A stretch of 64,000 nucleotides of DNA from a candidate division WOR-3 bacterium (GTDB lineage Bacteria > Hydrothermota > Tepidihabitantia > Tepidihabitantales > DTDR01): NCBI GenBank assembly GCA_039801885.1, contig JBDRVN010000002.1:2057-66056 (forward strand), written 5' to 3'. This document shows, piece after piece, positions 9,724 to 18,181 of the stretch (positions within the stretch are counted from its first letter, which is position 1; each line of letters starts with the position of its first letter). The translations under genes were made by a program, and so were the position numbers. Below the pieces are notes generated by a model. It was given only the letters and a program-made list of their open reading frames with translations. It ran no database searches and was not told where the DNA came from.

Positions 9724-10017
9724 ATGGCAATTGTTGATATGAGTGTTGTGCCAATTGGCACTAACACACCTAGTGTTAGTAAGTTTGTAAAAGAAGCGGT
9801 TGAAATTATCAAAAAATCCGGTCTAAAATATCAGGTAAATCCAATGGGAACAACAATTGAAGGCGATTTAGTTAAAATCTTTGATTTGGTAAAAGTAATT
9901 CATCAACATTTCTTCGTTCTTGGTGCCCAAAGAGTATTAACAACTATTAAGATCGACGAGCGAATTGATAAATATCAAACAATGGAAGATAAAGTAAAAA
10001 AAGCCTTAGGTGAATAG
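9724..10017 (+). CDS. MTH1187/YkoF-family small protein (DUF77)
   Basis: 97 aa. It reads MAIVDMSVVPIG...NPMGTTIEGD, which is the ferredoxin-like MTH1187/YkoF signature. SD aaaaggagg lies upstream. Confidence 0.7.
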   Translation: MAIVDMSVVPIGTNTPSVSKFVKEAVEIIKKSGLKYQVNPMGTTIEGDLVKIFDLVKVIHQHFFVLGAQRVLTTIKIDERIDKYQTMEDKVKKALGE

Positions 10018-10025
10018 GAGGATTT

Positions 10026-10313
10026 ATGCCTTCTTTATGGGAAAAAGTAAAAAATTGGCTAGAAGATACTACTAAGCAAGTATTAAAAGAAACCGAAGAT
10101 TTATCAAAAAAAGGAAGAATAAAAATACAGATTAGCTCTTTAAATCGGGAAATCGATAAAAAATTCTCTTACTTGGGCGGTTTAATTTATCAAATGATAA
10201 ATGAGGGTAAAATGAATATCGCTGAAGATGAGAATGTGAGAGAAGTGATAAACGAAATAAAGAGATTAGAAGAAGAATTAAAATTGAAAGAGGAGGAATA
10301 TAAAAAAGTTTAA
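10026..10313 (+). CDS. Hypothetical coiled-coil protein
   Basis: 95 aa, charged and helical. The SD is ggagg. Confidence 0.4.
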   Translation: MPSLWEKVKNWLEDTTKQVLKETEDLSKKGRIKIQISSLNREIDKKFSYLGGLIYQMINEGKMNIAEDENVREVINEIKRLEEELKLKEEEYKKV

Positions 10314-10390
10314 TTAATGAATAAAAAAAGAATATCAAGATTAAAAGAAGAAAAATTTTAATTTTTCTTTATCAAATATATAAAGAAAAA

Positions 10391-11167
10391 TTGTTTAAAA
10401 GGATTATCAATAAAAAAATGAAATCTATGAAGAAAATATTGGTAACTAATGATGATGGTATTCATTCTCCTTCTTTAAATTATCTTTATGAAAAATTAAA
10501 AAATTTAGGAGAGATTTATGTGTGTGCTTCTGATGAAAATCGCTCAGCCGCTAGTCATTCTTTTACTTTAAGAAAACCAATAAAAATTTGTGAGATAAAA
10601 AAGAACTGGTATAGCGTTTCCGGCACCCCAACGGATGCTGTTCTACTTTTTTATCATGCTATTTCTAATAAAAGTGTAGATCTGTTAATTGCCGGAATAA
10701 ATGATAGCCCTAATTTAGGAGAAGATATTTTATATTCGGGAACAGTTGCCTGTGCTTTAGAAGGCACAATTTTGGGGATTAATTCCTTTGCGGTCTCTTT
10801 TGTGGAGAATAATAAGAATTTAGAAATTGCCTTACATTTGATTTATAATCTGGCAAAAAATATCTTGAAATACGGTTTGCCAAAAAAGACCTTTTTAAAT
10901 ATTAATATTCCTAATAAAGAGATAAAAGGAATAAAGATAACGAAATTAGGAAAAAGAATATATAAAGATATGGCTATTCCGGTTAAAAAAGAGAATGATT
11001 TATGTTATATTATCGACGGTGAGATGGATTTTATTAAGAAAAGCGGGACTGATTTTGAGGCAATAGAAAAAGGTTATATCTCTATAACTCCCCTCCATTT
11101 AGATATGACCAATTACCAAGTAATAAAAAAATTGGAAAAAAGATTTAAAAATCTTTTAAAAATTTAA
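10391..11167 (+). CDS. surE: 5'/3'-nucleotidase SurE
   Basis: It has the KKILVTNDDGIHSPSL N-terminal motif. The true start is probably one of the internal Met codons (about 10418-10427). Confidence 0.85.
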   Translation: MFKRIINKKMKSMKKILVTNDDGIHSPSLNYLYEKLKNLGEIYVCASDENRSAASHSFTLRKPIKICEIKKNWYSVSGTPTDAVLLFYHAISNKSVDLLIAGINDSPNLGEDILYSGTVACALEGTILGINSFAVSFVENNKNLEIALHLIYNLAKNILKYGLPKKTFLNINIPNKEIKGIKITKLGKRIYKDMAIPVKKENDLCYIIDGEMDFIKKSGTDFEAIEKGYISITPLHLDMTNYQVIKKLEKRFKNLLKI

Positions 11168-11168
11168 A

Positions 11169-11648
11169 ATGGTTATTAAAAAAATAGTAATTACGGTATC
11201 TTTAAGTTTATTATTTATTTTCCTTTCTTTTTTTATTAGCAAGTTAGTAAGAAGAATTCTGCAAGAAAAGAGAATCGAAAGACGGATAGTTAAATTAATA
11301 GATAATTTTATATTCTACTCAATTTTATTTATTGGTTTATTAGTTATTTTGGGATATTTAAAAGTAAACATAGCCGGTTTGATAGCTGGTGCTGGAATTA
11401 TTGGTTTGACAATCAGTTGGGCATTAAGCGATATAATGAGGAATATTATTGCTGGTTTACTTTTACTAATTATGCGACCTTTTAAAATCGGAGATAGAAT
11501 TAGTATTCAAGGATTTGAAGGTATCGTGAGAAGCATAAGTTTAAGATATACCTTAATTGAAAAAGATGATGGGGAGAAAGTTTTAATTCCCAATGTAAAC
11601 ACCCTAACCAATCCAGTAATTATAAAAGAAATTAAAGACCCAATTTGA
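11169..11648 (+). CDS. Small mechanosensitive-channel (MscS-like) family membrane protein
   Basis: 159 aa with TM helices and a channel-domain-like segment (RPFKIGDRISIQGFEG). Confidence 0.6.
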   Translation: MVIKKIVITVSLSLLFIFLSFFISKLVRRILQEKRIERRIVKLIDNFIFYSILFIGLLVILGYLKVNIAGLIAGAGIIGLTISWALSDIMRNIIAGLLLLIMRPFKIGDRISIQGFEGIVRSISLRYTLIEKDDGEKVLIPNVNTLTNPVIIKEIKDPI

Positions 11649-11687
11649 TTGACTTTAAATAATAATTTAAATATAATAATTAAATAA

Positions 11688-11758
11688 GCGGGTATAGTGT
11701 AATGGTAGCACGAAGCCTTCCCAAGGCTTTAGTGGGGGTTCGAATCCCCTTACCCGCT
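11688..11758 (+). tRNA. tRNA-Gly (anticodon CCC)
   Basis: Acceptor gcgggta pairs with tacccgc. The anticodon loop is ttCCCaa. The T-arm is ggggg ttcgaat ccccc. The discriminator is U. Confidence 0.8.
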
Positions 11759-11772
11759 TTTGAATTAATTTT

Positions 11773-12603
11773 ATGAGGAAATTAAGTGTATTTTTTTTAG
11801 TTTTTTTACAAAGTTTAGCCTTTAAAATTTATTTTGATTATGATAATTGGGAAACAAGATTTATAAGAGAACCCTCGGATACATTAAAAATACAAGATTT
11901 AAATTATCAGATAAAAAGTTATTTACGTTCACTGATTTATGATGACGAGAAAACCTTAGATGAATTTTTATTTTTAAATCCTCGAATTGAAAGACGATTT
12001 AATCATTTATCTTTAAATTATCGGGAAGAAAAAAGAAATTTTCTTTCTGATGGTAGCCAAATAATTGAATACTCATTGCCTCTTAAATCAAATATTTTAA
12101 TGATAGTAACTAAGAAAACCGGTGAAGGTATGCCAATCGGGGAGCTTGCTTGTCCATTATGTAAAAGACCTTGGCCAAAAGATTTACCAATTCCGGAAGG
12201 TGTAAAACTTATTCCTTATGAGGAACCAAACATTATAAAAGAAAATTATACGGGAATAATTATTGATTGTCGTCATCTATCTTTAAAACCAGCAATTTTC
12301 CCAAAAATTTATAATGAGGATTTAAAAGAGGTTTATTCTGTTAATTTTTGCGATTCCTTAAGTTTGATAAATAATGGACTTGTTTCGTATGTTAAAACTT
12401 TAGATGAGGCTTATCACCATAAAAAAGCTGGTTCTTTTCCTCTATACATCTCAGCATTAAAAACCTTTGGAAAAAACAAATGTGATATTGTTATTTCTAA
12501 TAGCGATGCCTTAACTCTTCATAACTCTTTAAATAACCTTAAATTATTAGAAAAAGCTCGGGTAATAATTGTGTATAAAGATGCCAATATCTTTGAAAAA
12601 TAA
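11773..12603 (+). CDS. Hypothetical secreted protein
   Basis: 276 aa with an N-terminal signal-like segment and a CPLCKRPWP motif. I recognise no family. Confidence 0.4.
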   Translation: MRKLSVFFLVFLQSLAFKIYFDYDNWETRFIREPSDTLKIQDLNYQIKSYLRSLIYDDEKTLDEFLFLNPRIERRFNHLSLNYREEKRNFLSDGSQIIEYSLPLKSNILMIVTKKTGEGMPIGELACPLCKRPWPKDLPIPEGVKLIPYEEPNIIKENYTGIIIDCRHLSLKPAIFPKIYNEDLKEVYSVNFCDSLSLINNGLVSYVKTLDEAYHHKKAGSFPLYISALKTFGKNKCDIVISNSDALTLHNSLNNLKLLEKARVIIVYKDANIFEK

Positions 12604-13369
12604 TATTATTTATGGTCCGGTAAATAGTAAAAGGCTCGGTCGTTCATTGGGAATTAATATTTTATCAACCATGGAAAAGATTTGTAGTTTTAATTGTATT
12701 TATTGTCAATATGGAATAACAAAAAATAGGAAAGGTTCTTTTATTTCTGTTGAAGAAGTGGAGGAGGCTTTATATAATTTTTTTGCTAATCCGGTAAGAA
12801 TTGATTATTTAACATTTTCCGGAAATGGTGAGCCAACCTTGCATCCAGAATTTGAAAAGATTGTTAAAAAGGTAAAAAACATAAGAGATAAATATGCTCC
12901 TGCCGTACCAATTGCTTTACTTTCTAATTCTTCTAATATTAACTCTCTTCCTTACGAAACCTTAAAAATGATTGATATAAAAATCTTTAAGTTAGACTCC
13001 GGTAATGAGGAACTGTTTTTAAAGATTAATCGGCCGGTAGGGAATATTAGTTTAAAAGAAATTGTTCACGGTTTAAAGAAGGTTTCCCAAAAATTTCCCA
13101 TAACTATTCAGACAATCTTTATTTCTTTTGGTGATGAAAATAATTACGATAAAGAGGCATTAAAAGATTATCTTTTAAGGATAAAAGAAATAAAGCCGGC
13201 GTTTATTCAAATCTACTCTTGCGACCGGCCGGTAGCGCAAAATAATGTTAATTTGATAAGCAATGAAAAACTAAAAGAATTAGAAAAAGTAATCAATAAA
13301 AAAACAAAAACTTTAGTAAGGGCTTATTTAAATGTACCCTTAGAAATAAGATTTAGTAGAGTTAAATGA
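12581..13369 (+). CDS. Radical SAM domain protein (unknown substrate)
   Basis: It has the CSFNCIYC CxxxCxxC cluster near the N-terminus and a SGNGEPTL SAM-binding motif. It is small, about 260 aa. Confidence 0.7.
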   Translation: MPISLKNNIIYGPVNSKRLGRSLGINILSTMEKICSFNCIYCQYGITKNRKGSFISVEEVEEALYNFFANPVRIDYLTFSGNGEPTLHPEFEKIVKKVKNIRDKYAPAVPIALLSNSSNINSLPYETLKMIDIKIFKLDSGNEELFLKINRPVGNISLKEIVHGLKKVSQKFPITIQTIFISFGDENNYDKEALKDYLLRIKEIKPAFIQIYSCDRPVAQNNVNLISNEKLKELEKVINKKTKTLVRAYLNVPLEIRFSRVK

Positions 13370-13731
13370 TTATCGTTCACAGTTTATTAGAAATTTTTGT
13401 TTTAATATTTGGAATTTTTTATCTTCAATTGGCAATAAAAAAATCCGGCATATGGACATATCCTTTTAAAAGATATCGACAATATTCCTATTTATTATTT
13501 ATCCTTCCTTTAATCGGTTTTATCTTTGGTAAACTTGCAAAAAATATTAAAAAGATACCAGGTCATTTTGTTTTAGGAATTATTATTTTGCTCCTTTTCC
13601 TTTTGAATTTAATCTGGGAAGAGAGAAATTACCGAAAAAGATTGCTACCTTCTCAGACCCTTCAACCCTATTTGGCTTTATTAGCTTTATCCTTGATTAT
13701 CGCCCAAATCTTTTTGGCAATATTTTCTTAA
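13366..13731 (+). CDS. Hypothetical membrane protein
   Basis: 121 aa with 3-4 predicted TM helices. It is translationally coupled to the flanking genes. Confidence 0.4.
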   Translation: MIIVHSLLEIFVLIFGIFYLQLAIKKSGIWTYPFKRYRQYSYLLFILPLIGFIFGKLAKNIKKIPGHFVLGIIILLLFLLNLIWEERNYRKRLLPSQTLQPYLALLALSLIIAQIFLAIFS

Positions 13732-14825
13732 TGAAACTTTTTCTTTATGCCGACAAGAAGATAAAAAATTTCTTACCCTTAACTTATTTAAGAAGTTTTT
13801 CTTCTTTAAGACTCGGTTTTTTTAAGATTAAAGATTACTTTAAATTTTTATATCCCGATTGGGAAATTATTGAGATTGATAAATTACCCAAAAATTTAGA
13901 AAAAGGATTTTATTTTCTTTTAAGATTTTTGCCAAAAGAAAAAATTAAAGACTTGAAGGATAATTTTGTATTCAAATATCAGGACCAAATAGTTGGTTTT
14001 TATATTAAAGATGATAAAAAAAAGAAAGAGATGAATATTGAAGGTTTTTTATTAGATAATCTGTGGGATTTAATTAAATGCCAAAAGGAATTTCGTCCTA
14101 TGTGGCAACCTCCTTTTGAAAACAAGGAATTTATTTATGAAATTCCTTTTAAGGTCTATGGTAAGAAAGATTTAGTTTTTTTAAGTAAAAAAGCAAAAAT
14201 TTTTGGTGAGTTGATTTTAAACACGGAAAAAGGTCCAATAGTAATTGAAGATGAGGTTGTTTTGAAAGGCTTTAACTACTTTGAAGGACCTTGTTATCTT
14301 GATAAAAAGACCGTTGTTGATAATTGTAAAATTCGTCCTTTTACTACTATTGGTTACGCTTGTCGCATTAGCGGTGAGATAGAAGCAAGTGTTTTTTTAG
14401 ACTTTGTAAATAAACATCACGAAGGTTTTATTGGTCATTCTTATATCGGTAGTTGGGTAAATTTTGGCGCTTACACAACAAATTCGGATTTAAAAAATAA
14501 CTATTCTTCGGTGAAAATAAAGATAAAGAATAACGTCTATGATACCAAGATGTTAAAATTTGGTTGTGTTATTGGTGACCACACAAAAACCGCAATTGGT
14601 AGTTTAATTCCAACGGGTGCAATTTTTGGGATTTGTGTAAATATTAAAAAAGGCGGTCCTTGCGAAAGGTTTTATCCTTCTTTTTATTGGGATAAAAATA
14701 AAAAATGGGCGTTTAATAAATTAATAGCAACAATCGAAAAAGTTATGGCAAGAAGAGGGGAGAAATTAAATAAGGAATATCGAGAGTTATTAAAAAGGAT
14801 TTATGAAAAGAAAAGATCAATATAA
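13731..14825 (+). CDS. Hexapeptide-repeat (left-handed beta-helix) protein, sugar-nucleotidyltransferase-like
   Basis: 364 aa. The C-terminal half has an [LIV]G-rich hexapeptide periodicity (IGHSYIGSWVNFGAYT...VIGDHTKTAIGSLIP). The N-terminus lacks a clear GxGxR nucleotidyltransferase motif. Confidence 0.5.
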   Translation: MKLFLYADKKIKNFLPLTYLRSFSSLRLGFFKIKDYFKFLYPDWEIIEIDKLPKNLEKGFYFLLRFLPKEKIKDLKDNFVFKYQDQIVGFYIKDDKKKKEMNIEGFLLDNLWDLIKCQKEFRPMWQPPFENKEFIYEIPFKVYGKKDLVFLSKKAKIFGELILNTEKGPIVIEDEVVLKGFNYFEGPCYLDKKTVVDNCKIRPFTTIGYACRISGEIEASVFLDFVNKHHEGFIGHSYIGSWVNFGAYTTNSDLKNNYSSVKIKIKNNVYDTKMLKFGCVIGDHTKTAIGSLIPTGAIFGICVNIKKGGPCERFYPSFYWDKNKKWAFNKLIATIEKVMARRGEKLNKEYRELLKRIYEKKRSI

Positions 14826-15702
14826 AATTTCTTTAGGAATAGATATCGGTGGTACAAATCTTAAAATCGGCTTAGTAAAAAATAATAAAATTATAAAGAA
14901 AGGAATTTTTAAAACTGAAAAAAATTTTGATAATCAAAGATTTGGTGATTATTTAATTAAAATTATGGAGAAGTTTATAAAAGGTTATAAAATAGATAAA
15001 ATTGGTATCGGTATTGCTGGTTATGTTTTTTATGAAAAAGGGATATTAAAATTTTCGCCCAATTTACCGAGATTAAAAAATTTTCCTTTAAAAAAGATTA
15101 TTGAAAAATATTTTCAAGTTGAAACTTCTGTTTTAAATGATGCCGATGCAATGGTAATTGGTGAATATTTTTATCATAATAAAAGATATAAAAACTTGAT
15201 AACAATAACTTTAGGAACCGGTGTGGGTAGTGGAATTATTTTAAATAATAAATTACTTTTTAATAGTGAGTTTGGTCATACGATATTAATTCCTAATGGT
15301 TATTTATGTTCTTGTGGCAAAAAGGGTTGCGTGGAAAGCTATTTAGGAAGTTATGGAATGTTAAGGATAGCAAAAGATTTTTATAAAAAAGAAACAAAAG
15401 ATTTAACACCCCAAAAAATTTATGAGATGGCAAAGAAAAAAGATAAAAAAGCGTTAAAAACAATTGAGAGATATTCTTATTATTTGGCGATTGCTTTAAG
15501 TAATTTAACAAACTTATTTAATCCGGAAATAATTATATTAAATGGCGGAATAAGTAATATGGGAAGTTTATTGTTAAAATTTATAAAACCAATATTAAAA
15601 GAAAATATTTTTTATTTACCAAAAATAAAAATTTCCAATTTAAAAGATATTGCGGGAATTATTGGTGCGGTTAATTTTTTAAGGTTTGGCGGAGGTGGGT
15701 AG
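14803..15702 (+). CDS. ROK-family sugar kinase (glucokinase-like)
   Basis: It has the LGIDIGGTNLKIG ATP-binding motif and the ROK zinc motif CSCGKKGCVESY. The last about 16 nt overlap tRNA-Sec on the opposite strand. Confidence 0.8.
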   Translation: MKRKDQYKISLGIDIGGTNLKIGLVKNNKIIKKGIFKTEKNFDNQRFGDYLIKIMEKFIKGYKIDKIGIGIAGYVFYEKGILKFSPNLPRLKNFPLKKIIEKYFQVETSVLNDADAMVIGEYFYHNKRYKNLITITLGTGVGSGIILNNKLLFNSEFGHTILIPNGYLCSCGKKGCVESYLGSYGMLRIAKDFYKKETKDLTPQKIYEMAKKKDKKALKTIERYSYYLAIALSNLTNLFNPEIIILNGGISNMGSLLLKFIKPILKENIFYLPKIKISNLKDIAGIIGAVNFLRFGGGG

Positions 15703-15781
15703 GAATCGAACCTACCACAAGCCTTTTGGGCTTGCGAGCGGGTTTGAAGCCCGTCAGGCACACCAGCACCCATCCACCTCC
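15687..15781 (-). tRNA. selC: tRNA-Sec (selC), anticodon UCA
   Basis: The minus-strand read is 95 nt. The 8-bp acceptor GGAGGTGG pairs with CCACCTCC. The anticodon loop is CTTCAAA, which is UCA. The long variable arm has a 6-bp stem, caagcc with ggcttg. The T-arm is GGTTCGATTCC. The discriminator is G and a CCA is encoded. The architecture matches E. coli selC. Confidence 0.8.
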
Positions 15782-15863
15782 GATAAAAAAGTATATTAAA
15801 TTCTATCAAAAAATCAATCTTTCTTAAAACTTGACAATATTAAAAATATTGTTATAATTATTT

Positions 15864-16577
15864 ATGCCAAAAACTTTAATTATTTTCCCTACTTATAACG
15901 AAGCAGAAAACATTAAAGATATTATTAATACGGTATTAGATATTTCTTCCGATATCGATGTTTTGGTAATAGATGATAATTCACCGGATAAAACTTATGA
16001 AATAGTAGAGAGTATGGCAAAAGAAAACAAAAGAATAAATTTAATAAAAAGAGAAAAAAAATTGGGTTTAGGTACAGCTTATGTCCTTGGGTTTAAATAT
16101 GCGATTGAGAAAGGTTATGATTATTGTTTTGAAATGGACGCCGATTTTTCCCATAGTCCTCACGATATTCCGAGATTTTTAGCATTGATGAATGAATATG
16201 ATTTAGTTATTGGTTCCCGTTATATTTCCGGAATTTCGGTGGTTAATTGGCCATTAAAAAGATTATTATTAAGTTATTTTGCTAATATTTATGCCCAAGT
16301 TTTTACCGGCTGTCCCATAAAAGATTTAACCAGTGGTTTTAAATGTTATAAGGTCTCAGCATTAAAGAAGATTAATTTGGATAAGTTAAAGATGGATGGT
16401 TATGCTTTTCAAATTGAAATCCATTGGCATTTTTGGAGAAATAATTTTAAGATAAAAGAAATTCCGATTATCTTTGTGGAAAGACGTTCGGGTGAAAGTA
16501 AAATGTCAAAAAGAATTATTTGGCAGGCCTTTATCTTCGTTTTGAAACTCTTCTTCCGACGCCTTCTCAATCTTTAA
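15864..16577 (+). CDS. GT2-family polyprenyl-phosphate glycosyltransferase (dolichyl-phosphate mannose synthase-like)
   Basis: 237 aa with Dpm1/ArnC-like motifs: FPTYNE, VIDDNSPD, DADFSH. Confidence 0.8.
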   Translation: MPKTLIIFPTYNEAENIKDIINTVLDISSDIDVLVIDDNSPDKTYEIVESMAKENKRINLIKREKKLGLGTAYVLGFKYAIEKGYDYCFEMDADFSHSPHDIPRFLALMNEYDLVIGSRYISGISVVNWPLKRLLLSYFANIYAQVFTGCPIKDLTSGFKCYKVSALKKINLDKLKMDGYAFQIEIHWHFWRNNFKIKEIPIIFVERRSGESKMSKRIIWQAFIFVLKLFFRRLLNL

Positions 16578-17990
16578 AATTTCGTATCGCTCGTTGTTAA
16601 ATTCAACAATTTCACCAACTTTTTTATTGAGAAATTTTTCACCAAAGGGAGCGCAATAAGAAATAATATGCTCTTTTCCTTTTAAATCAAGAAAACGGAT
16701 ATCAAAGGGACCTACTAAAAAATAGTCAAATTCCTTATTAGTTTTTAATTCTTTTATCTTGATTTTTGTTCCCGGCTCAACAAATTCACCGGTAATTTTG
16801 GAAAAATCAATTGGTTGAGAAACTTTTAATTCTTCGGTTAACTGTTTTAGCCAACTCAAAAGTCTTTGGCGTTCTTCCTTGGCAATCTTATACTCATAAT
16901 TTTCACTTAAATCACCATGACTTCTTGCTCTTTGTAAATCTTCGGCATTCTTCTTTAATTTTTCATTCAAAATTCTTAACTCTTCTTTTGCCTTTTCAAT
17001 TCCCTGTTTAGTATGGTAAATAACCTTCCTCTCTTTTTTCTTAAAAAAACTTTTTAAGGCTTCTTTTTCGTGGGGTTTGAAGAGGGATAAAGAAAGTATT
17101 CGTTCTTTAATATTGGTTAATTCTTCTTCATCAATATTTCCTTCTTCCAAAATTTTAAACATCATCTTTTTTAAAAAGGCAAAGTACTCTTTTTTTTCTT
17201 TTAAGGAAAGCAGGTCAGCAATTCTCAATAAGATTTGATAGGTTTTAAATTTATCTTTTAAAAGGTTAAGTTTATTTTTTAAAAGATAAACAAATTCATC
17301 GATTTTTTCTAAGTAAGAATAAAAGATTTCTTCAATTTCTTCATCAGCTACTTCAATTTTATTTTTAATTTTCTTTTCAATCTTTTGAGTTGGTTGTTTT
17401 TTAAACTCCTTTTCTTTAGGTAATTTATTTGTTAATGAAAAATTGTTGAAAACAAAATTTATTGGATACTTTACAATTTTATCTTCGTTAATTTTTTTAA
17501 GTTCTATTTGGTCAAAGAGAAAATCATAAGAAATTATTTGGTAAGGAAAATTTTGATAATAAACTATTTTACCACAAGTAAAATTGTATAAAAAATTTTC
17601 TAATCTATTTAAGGCTTTTAAGAAATTATTTATATCGGTATAAAAAATCTCAGATTTTTCTAAAAACTTTTTTTCCTCTTCAGTTTGATAAACTGATTTC
17701 AAAAAGTTAATAATCTCCTTTTTTAACTCTTCCCTTGGTTGTAATTCAAATATTCTTTTTAAAACTTTTAATAAATCTTCTTTTTTATTAAGAAAATAAA
17801 AATGATCCTTGGCTAATTTTAAGAAAGTTAATTTTAAATCAATTTTTGATTTGGGTAGAGAGTCAGTTATCGTTAAAATAAGTTCACCAGAAACATCTTT
17901 CTCCTCACTAAAAATATTTAGCAAAAGATTTTCCAACTCAGAAAAATTCTTTTGTTTTATTAAATTTTTGATTTCTTCAAGAATTTTCAT
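16506..17990 (-). CDS. GreA/GreB-family transcription elongation factor with long N-terminal extension
   Basis: The C-terminal roughly 150 aa carry the Gre coiled-coil and FKBP-like domains (DLSENYEYKIAKEE...VGPFD...YCAPFGEKFLNKKVGE). The N-terminal roughly 330 aa are K/E/L-rich and not recognised. Confidence 0.65.
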   Translation of the reverse strand: MKILEEIKNLIKQKNFSELENLLLNIFSEEKDVSGELILTITDSLPKSKIDLKLTFLKLAKDHFYFLNKKEDLLKVLKRIFELQPREELKKEIINFLKSVYQTEEEKKFLEKSEIFYTDINNFLKALNRLENFLYNFTCGKIVYYQNFPYQIISYDFLFDQIELKKINEDKIVKYPINFVFNNFSLTNKLPKEKEFKKQPTQKIEKKIKNKIEVADEEIEEIFYSYLEKIDEFVYLLKNKLNLLKDKFKTYQILLRIADLLSLKEKKEYFAFLKKMMFKILEEGNIDEEELTNIKERILSLSLFKPHEKEALKSFFKKKERKVIYHTKQGIEKAKEELRILNEKLKKNAEDLQRARSHGDLSENYEYKIAKEERQRLLSWLKQLTEELKVSQPIDFSKITGEFVEPGTKIKIKELKTNKEFDYFLVGPFDIRFLDLKGKEHIISYCAPFGEKFLNKKVGEIVEFNNERYEILKIEKASEEEFQNEDKGLPNNSF

Positions 17991-18094
17991 TTAAAAATTA
18001 TATTAATAATCTCTTGATTTGTCAAGAAGGGAACTAAATATTTTGAGATAATTACTGGTTTATAAAAAGCAAAAAGATGTTATCAAAATAAAAG

Positions 18095-18174
18095 GGCGTT
18101 TCTGGGCTTTATCCTATTTGAAGGGATGCCAGGCGAAAGGAGGAAGGATTTATGGAAGGAAGCCCAGAAACGCC
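18095..18174 (-). terminator. Long-range GC-rich hairpin followed by a T-tract on the minus strand; putative terminator or structured RNA
   Basis: The 15-bp perfect stem is ggcgtttctgggctt with aagcccagaaacgcc, enclosing a loop of about 50 nt. It lies 8 nt past the stop of the 18182..20830 gene. On the minus strand it is followed by CTTTTATTTTG. Confidence 0.5.
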
Positions 18175-18181
18175 ATCCTTG

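Noticed and set aside
8473-10338. Minus-strand ORFs 8473..8877, 9360..9548 and 10132..10338
   Set aside because: They are antisense to the pdaD, DHS-like and coiled-coil genes. There is no independent support.
12569-12603. Radical SAM ORF start at 12569 (MCIKMPISL)
   Set aside because: It overlaps the upstream gene by 35 nt. The ATG at 12581 (MPISLKNN) is the more parsimonious start. The difference is minor.
15612-15809. Minus-strand 65-aa ORF covering tRNA-Sec
   Set aside because: It is co-linear with the tRNA-Sec gene. A frame containing RRWMGAGVPDGLQTRS is simply the tRNA read as protein.
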